Origin: a virus | Lineage: Duplodnaviria; Heunggongvirae; Uroviricota; Caudoviricetes | Strand: one strand, 5' to 3' | IMG/VR virus record: IMGVR_UViG_3300047320_000132 | Span: 67,101 to 131,100 of that record | DNA: 64,000 nucleotides | Part shown: piece after piece, positions 8,984 through 18,318 of the stretch | How the letters are laid out: every line of letters starts with the position of its first letter | How positions within the stretch are numbered: the stretch's first letter is position 1 | Made by a program: the position numbers and the translations under genes | The notes under the pieces: model-generated | The model's database searches: none | Told to the model about the DNA's origin: nothing | The model's input: only the letters and a program-made list of their open reading frames with translations

Positions 8984-10679
8984 ACGTATCGCACAGAAAG
9001 CTAAAAAACCTATAGCAGAATTATTGGAAGACAAGATTGTAGAAAAAGCTGTAGAGGCTCCTGCTGAAAAGAAGAGCAGGAAAAAGAAAGAGCAGACAGT
9101 AGTTGAAATTCCTGAAGAGAAAAAAATCTACCGTACATATGAAGACTTCGATTTCTCCGATTTGAATACATATGCGGGTATTGACTGTATTGTCACTTCT
9201 GAGATTTTGACAGCGCTTTGGCCTGATCTTGTGAAACCACAAGAGTTACTAATGCCCAATAGATCAGGCCAACCTACGAAGATAAAAGCTCCGGGTATTA
9301 TCAAGTCTGTAGTTGAAACGGAAATGATGTGCCATGAGTTCATTATAAATCTTGAAATTAATGGCATGCTTTATGATATAGAGCGTAATAGGGCTATTTC
9401 AAAGCAGATGATTGAAGAGGTCGCTGAGTTTGATGAACGTATTTTTACTGCACTTGGTAAGAGAATAAATCTGGATTCAGGCGTTGAAGTTTCGAAACTT
9501 CTTTATGATGAACTTGGATTTGAATCACCTTTCAAAACCAAATCAGGAGATGATGCAACGGATGGGGCCGCACTTTTGACGTTGGCTGGATTAAATCCCC
9601 TGGCCAATATCTACGTAACTCCAGATCCTAAGCTTCAGTTCCTGGCGGATATGGCTAAGCGGAAGGATATTAATAGCGTCCATAATACGTTCATTAAGAC
9701 CTATGTAGAAGACTTCGTTAAGAGAGATGGGCGGATTCATCCTAGTTACAACTTGTTTGGAACAAGTAGTTTTAGGATCACATCGGATAATCCTAACTTA
9801 ACTCAGCTGCCACGCCCAAAGCACGGCTATAATGTGCGGGAGTGTTACACCATACCGAATGGATATGTCTTTATCGCCTTTGACTTCTCCTCCGCTGAGG
9901 TGAAGATTCTAGGGGCGATTTGCAAAGACAAGAATATGCTTAAGGCAATTGCCGAAGGGTTGGATTTCCACTCGTATTCGGCAAGTGCAATGATGGGCGT
10001 ACCTTACGACGAATTTATTCATATTCTTGAAGATGATTCACATCCGTTGAAGAAAGAATATAAACGGATGCGTCAAGTTGCAAAAGTTTTAACCTTCAGT
10101 TTGCTTTACGGCTCTTCTGTTAATGGTATTGCAATGCAGCTAGCTCTTACTAAAGAGAAAGCACAAGAGTTGATGGATATGTATTTCAAGGCGTATCCGG
10201 GTGTCAAGGACTACATTGAGGAGTCGCATCAGATGGCTCTGTTGAATCAGAAGGTTTGGACTCCGTTTGGTCAGTACAAGCATGAGTATGTTGCCCAACC
10301 TGCATTCAAGCGTACTGCAGCATATAATGCATCTCTGCGGAATGCCCAGAATGTTCGTATTCAGAGTGCAACGTCTACGCTTGGTCTGGTAACGTTTGCA
10401 CACCTGGATCAGGCTATTCAAAAGATTGATCCTCGTTGTAAGAGTATTTGTACCGTATATGATTCGGTAGAATTTGAAGTACCGATTGAACGTGCAGCAG
10501 AAGTGATCGAAACAGCGTTCTATTACATGAACGAATGGCCCGTAGAGCATTTCGATTGGCTGGACCTTCCGATTGGCGTGGAAGGTGAAATTGGTTTTAA
10601 CTGGGGTCAGGTAAAAGAAGTGAAGCCTGGCATTACGCAGCAAGGTGTGAATGATATGTTGATGAAGATGAGAGCGTAA
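8976..10679 (+). CDS. DNA polymerase I-like (family A), polymerase domain
   Basis: 567 aa. Motif A DFSSAEVKILG, motif B RQVAKVLTFSLLYGSS, motif C VYDSVEFEV. Confidence 0.85.
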   Translation: MVKRIAQKAKKPIAELLEDKIVEKAVEAPAEKKSRKKKEQTVVEIPEEKKIYRTYEDFDFSDLNTYAGIDCIVTSEILTALWPDLVKPQELLMPNRSGQPTKIKAPGIIKSVVETEMMCHEFIINLEINGMLYDIERNRAISKQMIEEVAEFDERIFTALGKRINLDSGVEVSKLLYDELGFESPFKTKSGDDATDGAALLTLAGLNPLANIYVTPDPKLQFLADMAKRKDINSVHNTFIKTYVEDFVKRDGRIHPSYNLFGTSSFRITSDNPNLTQLPRPKHGYNVRECYTIPNGYVFIAFDFSSAEVKILGAICKDKNMLKAIAEGLDFHSYSASAMMGVPYDEFIHILEDDSHPLKKEYKRMRQVAKVLTFSLLYGSSVNGIAMQLALTKEKAQELMDMYFKAYPGVKDYIEESHQMALLNQKVWTPFGQYKHEYVAQPAFKRTAAYNASLRNAQNVRIQSATSTLGLVTFAHLDQAIQKIDPRCKSICTVYDSVEFEVPIERAAEVIETAFYYMNEWPVEHFDWLDLPIGVEGEIGFNWGQVKEVKPGITQQGVNDMLMKMRA

Positions 10680-10680
10680 T

Positions 10681-11184
10681 ATGACTGAACAAGTAACTAT
10701 TTATACGGATGGGGCTTGTTCAGGTAATCCTGGACCTGGCGGGTGGGGTTGGATCAGAGTAGTTGAAGGTATTGCACCTGCTATTATGGATCCGTTAAAC
10801 CCTTCAAAGACTCTTAAGTTGTATTCAGAAACAGCACGTGGTAGTGGTGGAGAAGAAAATACTACTAATAATCGTATGGAGCTTATGGCAGTAATAAGCG
10901 GCCTATATAATCTAAATCATAAACCGGATTTAGACATCACAGTAGTAACTGATTCGAAATACGTTTTACAAGGCATTACTGAGTGGATCAAAGGTTGGAA
11001 AGCAAAAGGCTGGATTGGTTCAAATAAAAAGCCAGTTAAAAATAGAGACTTATGGGAACGACTTGACTCCACAGTTAATCAGTTTAGTAATTTGAAGTGG
11101 AAGTGGGTAAAGGGTCATTCAGGCAATACCTGGAACGAAGCGGTAGATCAGCTCGCAGTATCAGCAATCCCAGAAAAGGAATAA
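10681..11184 (+). CDS. rnhA: Ribonuclease HI
   Basis: 167 aa. IYTDGACSGNPGPGGWG...NRMEL...TDSKYV...GHSGN..NEAVDQLA covers the RNase H catalytic residues. Confidence 0.85.
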   Translation: MTEQVTIYTDGACSGNPGPGGWGWIRVVEGIAPAIMDPLNPSKTLKLYSETARGSGGEENTTNNRMELMAVISGLYNLNHKPDLDITVVTDSKYVLQGITEWIKGWKAKGWIGSNKKPVKNRDLWERLDSTVNQFSNLKWKWVKGHSGNTWNEAVDQLAVSAIPEKE

Positions 11185-11187
11185 GAA

Positions 11188-11931
11188 ATGATTGAGGTTG
11201 GCGTAACAATTACCGGTGCAGACGATGAAGTTAATCCCGAAATTCTCGATGAAATTGGTCGAGAATACTCTGATGTCCTATCTGTAGAATGGGGCATTCT
11301 GTTTTCAAAATCACGAGAAGGCCAACCGCGTTATCCGACTGCTCAATGGAGAGAGCAGTTTTATGGAGCAACGTATCACCGTGGTAATTTCTATTCGATT
11401 TCTGCACATCTGTGTGGTAAATCAGTAGACACATTTTTAGCTTCATACGATTACTTTGAAAATGAAGTAACAATGGGCTTTAATGCGATTCAGTTCAATA
11501 AGCTTACTGAAGAAAACAAGAGCCAGATTTTCACATTCGCTAAAGAGCGCGGTGAAAGCTGTGATGTAATTTTGCAGTACAACGCTAACACCGACGTACT
11601 TTTGAATGGGATGTTTGACGATGAAGTTCCTAACGATATCAAAATCTTGCTTGATGCTTCCGGTGGACGCGGTACTTCTTATATTGAAACTGGCGGTTGG
11701 CCAGACGCACCTGAACCGTTTGCGAGTAGGTTGGCGGTTGGCTACGCAGGCGGAATCAACCCGCAAAACGTAGAACAGACTTTGTTTGATCTGCTTCAGA
11801 TGCATCGTGACGAAACAGAAGGGTTCTTCTGGATTGACATGGAGTCTGGAATTAGAACGGAAGACAAGTTCGATATCGACAAAGTAATTGACGTGCTTGA
11901 AAAAGCCAGAAAAACTCTAGCGGAGAATTAA
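11188..11931 (+). CDS. TIM-barrel protein resembling phosphoribosylanthranilate isomerase (TrpF-like); function in the phage unknown
   Basis: 247 aa. LLDASGGRGTS, VGYAGGINPQNV and WIDMESGIRTEDKFD resemble the PRAI phosphate-binding motifs. Confidence 0.4.
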   Translation: MIEVGVTITGADDEVNPEILDEIGREYSDVLSVEWGILFSKSREGQPRYPTAQWREQFYGATYHRGNFYSISAHLCGKSVDTFLASYDYFENEVTMGFNAIQFNKLTEENKSQIFTFAKERGESCDVILQYNANTDVLLNGMFDDEVPNDIKILLDASGGRGTSYIETGGWPDAPEPFASRLAVGYAGGINPQNVEQTLFDLLQMHRDETEGFFWIDMESGIRTEDKFDIDKVIDVLEKARKTLAEN

Positions 11932-11932
11932 A

Positions 11933-12166
11933 GTGAATGAACCCTTATATTTCACAATAGCTTTTTTAATTTGGCTAGGATTGACTGCGGGAATTGTAAA
12001 GATTCACAAGTTGAAATGGCGTATGTTTGAAGATAGAGAAGCTCTGATTTTCCCAATCGCAATTGCATTGATAATTTCAGTAGCATGGGTGGTAGCTTTG
12101 CCTATTATCGCAGGTATCGCCGTTATGTACGGAATCGTATTGTTACTTTTAAAAGTTATCAAGTGA
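11933..12166 (+). CDS. small membrane protein
   Basis: 77 aa with two predicted TM helices. Confidence 0.35.
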   Translation: MNEPLYFTIAFLIWLGLTAGIVKIHKLKWRMFEDREALIFPIAIALIISVAWVVALPIIAGIAVMYGIVLLLLKVIK

Positions 12167-12173
12167 GGTAGTC

Positions 12174-13181
12174 ATGGGCGGTAATGCACTCAAACTTCAA
12201 ACAGTCAGATTAGAAAAAAAGTACTATGAACACGTAGCTGCTGGGACTTCTGATGTTTTGAAACAGGCTTTTCCCGATGCTAAGGTTGCAGTTATTCCTG
12301 CGTATGAAGAAAAGGAAAGCTTTGGAGATTTGGACATTCTGATTTCAGGCATCCCGATGGATAAGCTTCAGGAGTTTGTGGAGAAGGCTTTAGTTTCTCC
12401 TGAATATCATCAAAACGGTAACGTCCTGTCGTTCGGTTTAGAAATCACAGCTCTGTTGATGAAACGGGCTATTTTTCAAATCGACTTCATCACCGTGCCT
12501 GACGAAGATTTCGACTTCGCTTTGAAGTACTTTGCCTATAACGATTTAGGCAATCTTATCGGCCAGACTGCTCATGGCGTTGGACTTAAGTTCGGCCACG
12601 ATGGTCTGTGGTATAAATACATTGTAGATACTCAACTTGTCAAAGAAATTTGCATCACGAAAGACTTCGCTGTGGCCCTTCATCTTCTGGGCTACAGCAT
12701 GTTTGAGTACAACGCTGGTTTTCGAAATCTGGAAGACATTTTCGTTTTCACTTGTAAAAGCAAATTCTTCACTACGTGGAATTATCAACTAGAGAATCGA
12801 AACGCTGTTGGCCGTGTACGGGATAAGAAACGCAAGACGTACATGGATTTTCTGGAATGGATGAAAGACAAGGATCTTCCGTCCGAACGTATGCCGAGGG
12901 ATCATGGATTTCTTATCGCCGCAAAAGAACGTCCAGACGTCGCAATGGAATTTATCCACGCCACGTTTGACTACTTCAGAGTCGAAAGAGTCAAGAAGAA
13001 GTTCAACGGTGAATTCGTTGGGCTCTGGACGGGGTTACAAGGCAAAGAGCTTGGCGGATTTATGGCGGACTACCGAGGAAACGACCGTGAAGCGTTTCTG
13101 AAGAGAATTGAGTCTATGACTTCAGAACAAGTTGAAGTCCATGTTAAACACGTATTCGAAGAATGGAGAAAGCAGCTATGA
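12174..13181 (+). CDS. putative Pol-beta-superfamily nucleotidyltransferase
   Basis: 335 aa. ESFGDLDILISG fits the minimal NTase G[SG]...DxD motif. Sits between the RNase H gene and the Hen1/Pnkp genes. Confidence 0.4.
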   Translation: MGGNALKLQTVRLEKKYYEHVAAGTSDVLKQAFPDAKVAVIPAYEEKESFGDLDILISGIPMDKLQEFVEKALVSPEYHQNGNVLSFGLEITALLMKRAIFQIDFITVPDEDFDFALKYFAYNDLGNLIGQTAHGVGLKFGHDGLWYKYIVDTQLVKEICITKDFAVALHLLGYSMFEYNAGFRNLEDIFVFTCKSKFFTTWNYQLENRNAVGRVRDKKRKTYMDFLEWMKDKDLPSERMPRDHGFLIAAKERPDVAMEFIHATFDYFRVERVKKKFNGEFVGLWTGLQGKELGGFMADYRGNDREAFLKRIESMTSEQVEVHVKHVFEEWRKQL

Positions 13182-13369
13182 CAATCACTATTCACTTTCA
13201 ATGGTGGATGATACCTACGCTGATAACTGTACTCAGTTTCAGCTGGGCTTTATTCTGGCCATTCGAGGATGGTGCTGGGTTTCTTTCTGGACTTGCTAAT
13301 CTATTTGCATTCGTACCCGCTTCCGTTCTGTCCATGATTTCCTGGATTATCGCAGGAGTTTTGAAATGA
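13163..13369 (+). CDS. small membrane protein
   Basis: 68 aa, hydrophobic. Overlaps its neighbours by a few nt. Confidence 0.3.
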   Translation: MEKAAMTITIHFQWWMIPTLITVLSFSWALFWPFEDGAGFLSGLANLFAFVPASVLSMISWIIAGVLK

Positions 13370-13599
13370 CTTGCGATCACACAATCAGGTTACCGGATCG
13401 GTATGTAACTTGGGAAGATGATTGGACCGGGGAAGAGCACGGAGAGTGGGAATACAACCGCACAGAAAGTGCTCTTAATGACATTGATTTACACCGTATG
13501 AAATGTTCTCTATGCGGAAAGATTGAGTACTACTCAGGCGCAGCGCGTGACTACTATGAGAAGGGTATTCCTTCGCCTTACATAACGGGGTTTAAATGA
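13366..13599 (+). CDS. small Cys-containing protein
   Basis: 77 aa. CDH...CSLCGK, possibly a zinc ribbon. Confidence 0.35.
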   Translation: MTCDHTIRLPDRYVTWEDDWTGEEHGEWEYNRTESALNDIDLHRMKCSLCGKIEYYSGAARDYYEKGIPSPYITGFK

Positions 13600-13775
13600 C
13601 TGAAGCTCTTGAACATTGCCCTGAATGCGGCGAGGACAAAAAGTCCAAGATTGTAAACACGCCTATCTGGTTTGAATGCAAAACTTGTGGCTATGTGGAA
13701 GATTCATTCAAAGGACCTTCGGCAACGTTTACCCGTATGCGTGACCCAGCTGGTCCGCTTAATCAATATCTCTGA
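13596..13775 (+). CDS. small zinc-ribbon protein
   Basis: 59 aa, not in the ORF track. HCPECGED...ECKTCGY. ATGA overlap with the previous gene. Confidence 0.3.
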   Translation: MTEALEHCPECGEDKKSKIVNTPIWFECKTCGYVEDSFKGPSATFTRMRDPAGPLNQYL

Positions 13776-13778
13776 ATC

Positions 13779-13788
13779 TTGGTATAAG
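13779..13788 (+). promoter_or_regulatory. TTGGTATAAG promoter motif upstream of hen1
   Basis: TCTTGGTATAAGAAAAGTATTGTGG, 70 nt before the hen1 start. Confidence 0.45.
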
Positions 13789-13856
13789 AAAAGTATTGTG
13801 GTAGGAACGCTATCCTATCTTTATCTCTTTTAGCTCCTCAACCAGAAGGTGAAATA

Positions 13857-15158
13857 ATGGCCGTACTTACTATCGGGTCTTCGAACCCCAAGTTTTCCTG
13901 GATCATTTCCAAGAACCCTGCAACGATTCGTGAAAGCGCAGAGCCCTACAAGAAATCGATCCGTCAAGGTATGGCGTATGGATGGTTCGGAGCCGATAAT
14001 CAGAGCTTTCGACTTTGGTTTAAAGACAGTCCTCAGAACTGTTCTTTTGCGGAGGGCATTGGCCAAGAGTTTGAATATCTTGACCGTACCCGTTACGCAT
14101 CTCCCTACTTGCCGATTTCGCTGATTACGAACTGTCTTGCTACAGCGTTCAAAACTGTTCAGGAAGAAGACGTTACTGAGCCGTGGAGCGCATATCTGGA
14201 AACTACGGTCGAAATTCGCAGCGCCAGCATGTTGAATCATCTGAATCAACACTTCAATGGTTCCTTCGGGTTGGACAATGGGTACAGCTTCGTAGCCGAG
14301 CATATTGCAGGCTGTGCGTACAAGGTCACTATCTCGGGACCTACCGTTCACGAAATGCTCAATGCGGCAATGGTAATTTTCCTGATGTTCTGCGTTTCGA
14401 CAAAGAGCATCTATGTCAACCTCAAGGGCGATATCGTTGAGAAGTACATTGCTGCGATCAATCGTATCAATGCACCGTACTTCATTCGTTACCTCTTCAA
14501 ACGGAATGTATTTTCAAATCGTGACACATTTCTTAAGAACAAATCGCTGCTTGATACGGACACGATCAACCTCTGGCACGGTGACACCCTTGCTCAGCGT
14601 AAAGAAGCTATCTTCCCCCACCTGGGAGGAGGAGCGACACTCGTTGACATTGGGTGCGGTGAACTCAATTACACGCTCCCACTCAGTTCGAAATATGAAC
14701 AGGTCCTTGCGTTTGAAGCGGATGACGAACTCCGCGAGAACATGCTTGAAAAACTCAAGGGACGAGAAGTCGAAAACGTTATTCTCCGAGATGCTGCAAC
14801 TCCCGAATCGATTGATGAGTGTTCCTTGCTCTTTAGCGGAGCAGACGTGCTCATCACAGAAGTTCTGGAGCACATTCCTCTTAAAGATGCAAAACAGCTT
14901 GTTGATGCCGTTCTGAAGACTGACTTTAACAAGTTGGTTATCACGGTTCCGAACAAGGCTTTCAATGTGAATTATCTGATGACAGAAGATCAGTTCCGTC
15001 ACGATGATCACAAGTGGGAAATGAATGAACAGGACTTCTACGATTGGTTCTGGAAAATCTCTAAGTCCCATGCAGTTTCAACTATCGGCCAAGGTATCGG
15101 CGATGCGGTAAATGGCGTTCACACTTCGACGATGCTTGTCGTAACGAAAAACAAGTAA
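13857..15158 (+). CDS. hen1: Hen1-like RNA 3'-terminal 2'-O-methyltransferase (partner of Pnkp)
   Basis: 433 aa. The C-terminal SAM methyltransferase motif I LVDIGCGELNY matches bacterial Hen1. The gene sits immediately upstream of the Pnkp-like gene. Confidence 0.7.
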   Translation: MAVLTIGSSNPKFSWIISKNPATIRESAEPYKKSIRQGMAYGWFGADNQSFRLWFKDSPQNCSFAEGIGQEFEYLDRTRYASPYLPISLITNCLATAFKTVQEEDVTEPWSAYLETTVEIRSASMLNHLNQHFNGSFGLDNGYSFVAEHIAGCAYKVTISGPTVHEMLNAAMVIFLMFCVSTKSIYVNLKGDIVEKYIAAINRINAPYFIRYLFKRNVFSNRDTFLKNKSLLDTDTINLWHGDTLAQRKEAIFPHLGGGATLVDIGCGELNYTLPLSSKYEQVLAFEADDELRENMLEKLKGREVENVILRDAATPESIDECSLLFSGADVLITEVLEHIPLKDAKQLVDAVLKTDFNKLVITVPNKAFNVNYLMTEDQFRHDDHKWEMNEQDFYDWFWKISKSHAVSTIGQGIGDAVNGVHTSTMLVVTKNK

Positions 15159-15167
15159 GGATCAACA

Positions 15168-17591
15168 ATGAAAATTCAAACTAAACTCCACACAGTCTTC
15201 ATTTTGGTTGGCCCTTCGATGTGCGGTAAAACCACATTCTCGAAACAGTTCGAACTTGTGTTGAACTTTCAGTTGATGAAAGCAGGACTTGCTGCAGGTT
15301 CGAAGGTTGTAAACTTGAATTCTGATGCTGAACGAATGAACGTCTTGGATGATTTGAGTCTCCATCGTTACGCTCCGGTCATGATGGAAGCTTCGGAAGC
15401 AGCTTTCAACGTGATGATGGCGAAGTTTAAAGCGGCAATTGCGTTCCCGATCAACAGTGAATTCGTAATCGTTGATACTACTGGTATGAACGATACGTTC
15501 CGAAAGGAAATTCGTAAACTCGCTGAAGAAAACGAATATCGTACTGAATTGATTACGTTTGAATATCCGAACTATCAGTACTGGTCGGAATCGAATGAGG
15601 AAGAAAAACGGGTTGTAGAATCGAGCGCCAAGCGATTCAAACAAAGCGTCCTTCCAAATCTCGGTCGTAAAGATCATGATGATTGTATTCGTATCCGTGA
15701 ACGAGACGCCAAAAAGTGGACAGATCTGGAAGTTGAAATCGAAGATTTGGGCAAGTACGCAGCTACTCAGCTCTATCTCGGTCGAGACATGCAGGTGAAT
15801 ATCATCGGAGATGTACATGAACACACGGAAGCTGCTGAACAGCTTGTAGCTAAGGTCGGTGCAAATAGCATCAATGTTCTTGTCGGTGATTACATTGACA
15901 AGGGTAATGACACTGCCAAAGCAATTGCCTTCGCCAGGAAGTTTCACACCGACGGCGGCATTATTGTCCACGGTAATCACGAATCGTATGCTGTGAAGCG
16001 TATCAAGGGTGAAATCAAAAACCCTGATCTGGAGATGGAATCGAAGTATATGAGTTCGCTTGACGTTCTGTTGAAAGACGAAACGTTGGCAGCAGAGCTT
16101 GTGGACTTGTTCGATCGCTGTTCTGTTCCGTTCTTGAAGATTCACGGCAACCAAGTCCGTACAGTTTACGTAACCCATGCTCCGTGCGAGCAGAAGTATT
16201 TGGGTAAGATGAGTTCTGCAGCACTTAAGGCTCAGCGCAATCTGTACGGTGATCGAAAAGAAGACTACCGGAAGGCTTATGAGTTTATTTTCAAGGAAGC
16301 TGTTGGGAATTTTCCTTTGCATGTGTTTGGGCACGTTGCTCACAATGCAGCCAAATTGGAACATCGTAACAAGGTGTTTCTCGATACTGGGGCTGTTTAT
16401 GGCGGCAAGCTTACTGCTTTCTGTTACAAAGGAAATCGTTACTGGTTTGATTCGGTTCAGGCAGCTGAAAAGGTAACGGTTCACAAGGGTCTTCAGAACT
16501 TCTTGACGACTCCGATAGCACCTCCGCAGAAGCCGTTCAATATCTACGACTACAAACTGTCGCCGGAAGATATGAGATTTCTGAAGCGTACTATCGCAAA
16601 CCGAGTTCAGTACATTTCAGGAACTATGGCCCCTGCCCCGTCGACTAACACTGAAATCGAAAGTCTTGAAGCTGGACTTGAGTATTTCAAAAGTCGTGGA
16701 ACGAAGCGGGTCATGCTTCAACCGAAGTACATGGGTTCACGTTGTCAGGCGTATCTATATCGTGGTAAGCCGGAAGAGTGTTTCCTGGTTTCCCGCAATG
16801 GCTTCAAGATTCGCATGACAGAAGACCTTACTGTTATGATTCAGGAACTGCTTGCTAAGTACGAAGGAGAAAGTATCGACTTCTGGCAAGAAGAACTGAT
16901 TCTTGATGGTGAACTTCTGCCGTGGACGACCCTTGGTAAAAGTCTGGTTGACGAACAGTTCCGTGCGTATGAAGGTTTGGTACGTTACGAACTGGATGCA
17001 TTGGCTAACGATGAGGAATTTGCCAAGTTGGGATTCAAGACAAAGGTCGACGTCGAAGCTCGTCAGACTGACTTGAAAGTGTTCAGCGAAACACTAGACA
17101 TCTATGCTCAGGAAGGCCGTCCAGAATACAGTGCATTCTCTATTCTGAAGGTTGACGGTAAGGTGTTTGGTGACAAATTCCAGATTGCAGATTCCTTTGA
17201 CTTGGTTAACCAGGACGACATCGTAATCATCGACCTTGAAAACGATAAAGAGGCTTTGGAAAATGCAAAGACTTTCTTCAACTGTAAAACCGTTGATGAA
17301 AAGATGGAAGGCCTTGTAATCAAGCCTCTTGACGGTACGGCAGATGTTGCACCGTATATGAAGGTTCGGAATGAAAATTACCTGACTCTTGTGTATGGCT
17401 ATGATTACAAGAACCGTTATGAAGCCCTGTGTCGTCAAAAACGTGTCGGCGGTAAGCTGAAGGTTTCTATCAAGGAACACGATCTTGCACTGGCAATGCT
17501 GACAGCAGACAATGGCCCTGCTCTGACTGAACTGGTTGTGAAAATGATCTCGCAACTGAATGAAGAAAAGACGCTGGATCCGCGTTTGTAA
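15168..17591 (+). CDS. pnkp: Polynucleotide kinase-phosphatase with ligase-like adenylyltransferase domain (bacterial Pnkp-type RNA repair enzyme)
   Basis: 807 aa. P-loop kinase ILVGPSMCGKTT. Metallophosphatase motifs GDVHE, GDYIDKGND, VHGNHES. C-terminal nucleotidyltransferase/ligase-like domain around QPKYMGSRC. Domain order matches Pnkp of the Pnkp-Hen1 RNA repair system. Confidence 0.8.
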   Translation: MKIQTKLHTVFILVGPSMCGKTTFSKQFELVLNFQLMKAGLAAGSKVVNLNSDAERMNVLDDLSLHRYAPVMMEASEAAFNVMMAKFKAAIAFPINSEFVIVDTTGMNDTFRKEIRKLAEENEYRTELITFEYPNYQYWSESNEEEKRVVESSAKRFKQSVLPNLGRKDHDDCIRIRERDAKKWTDLEVEIEDLGKYAATQLYLGRDMQVNIIGDVHEHTEAAEQLVAKVGANSINVLVGDYIDKGNDTAKAIAFARKFHTDGGIIVHGNHESYAVKRIKGEIKNPDLEMESKYMSSLDVLLKDETLAAELVDLFDRCSVPFLKIHGNQVRTVYVTHAPCEQKYLGKMSSAALKAQRNLYGDRKEDYRKAYEFIFKEAVGNFPLHVFGHVAHNAAKLEHRNKVFLDTGAVYGGKLTAFCYKGNRYWFDSVQAAEKVTVHKGLQNFLTTPIAPPQKPFNIYDYKLSPEDMRFLKRTIANRVQYISGTMAPAPSTNTEIESLEAGLEYFKSRGTKRVMLQPKYMGSRCQAYLYRGKPEECFLVSRNGFKIRMTEDLTVMIQELLAKYEGESIDFWQEELILDGELLPWTTLGKSLVDEQFRAYEGLVRYELDALANDEEFAKLGFKTKVDVEARQTDLKVFSETLDIYAQEGRPEYSAFSILKVDGKVFGDKFQIADSFDLVNQDDIVIIDLENDKEALENAKTFFNCKTVDEKMEGLVIKPLDGTADVAPYMKVRNENYLTLVYGYDYKNRYEALCRQKRVGGKLKVSIKEHDLALAMLTADNGPALTELVVKMISQLNEEKTLDPRL

Positions 17592-17610
17592 TTAAAGAAA
17601 CAAGGCTTTA

Positions 17611-17620
17611 GTGGTATAAG
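17611..17620 (+). promoter_or_regulatory. GTGGTATAAG promoter motif after pnkp, heading a structured noncoding region
   Basis: GTGGTATAAGTGAATTGG. About 300 nt of noncoding sequence follows. Confidence 0.4.
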
Positions 17621-17933
17621 TGAATTGGAATAACGTATGCTTCATTTACGTCGTAAGTGAGAGGGTAGAGTAACTTTACCCATATACTCTCCCAGCTCCA
17701 AGTTCTGAAACAGAACTTTACGCTGGGTTCCGGGCCACGCCCAACGAGGTTATTCCGTAACCAGGCCGAGATGTTTTCGGCTAGCTTCGCAAGTATCTGT
17801 TCGTTTTAGATTGTTAAACCGAAAGCCAGGGAGCAACTCCCTGGTGTATAATTCGGGCTCTTGAAATAAAAGCTCGCCCGGAATACCCCTACGTGTTGCG
17901 AAGTGACCAACGTAACAAATCAAGGAGAAATTA

Positions 17934-18284
17934 GTGTCTGAACGTAATTTGGGAGAGATCCGTCAAACTGAACTGGATCTCATTGAACAACTCACTGCAG
18001 CTAACGCTGCTGGTGAAGCTATCGTTTATCCGGTAGCAATACGCACGAAGTATTGTGCATGTTCAAGTTATGGAGAGACTGACTGTCGGTTTCATTCCAG
18101 ACTTGAACCAGGTTGGGAAGTATGTCCGGAAATCACTGAGGCTTCGCAGATCGGAACCCTCAAGAATGGGCGTTGGCTGTACATCACAACCGGTGAACCT
18201 GTCAATCAGGATGATCCGACTGAAGCACAAGACAAGGCACTCGCAGATCGCCTGTCAAATGAGCTGATTAAGGCCGTACAGTAA
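17934..18284 (+). CDS. hypothetical protein
   Basis: 116 aa. GTG start with an RBS. Preceded by a 300-nt structured noncoding region. Confidence 0.4.
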   Translation: MSERNLGEIRQTELDLIEQLTAANAAGEAIVYPVAIRTKYCACSSYGETDCRFHSRLEPGWEVCPEITEASQIGTLKNGRWLYITTGEPVNQDDPTEAQDKALADRLSNELIKAVQ

Positions 18285-18285
18285 G

Positions 18286-18318
18286 AGAAGAGGGTGCCAA
18301 GCGCACCTTCTTTTTTTA
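18286..18318 (+). terminator. intrinsic terminator upstream of nrdA
   Basis: GGGTGCCAAGCGCACC hairpin followed by TTCTTTTTTT. Confidence 0.55.
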
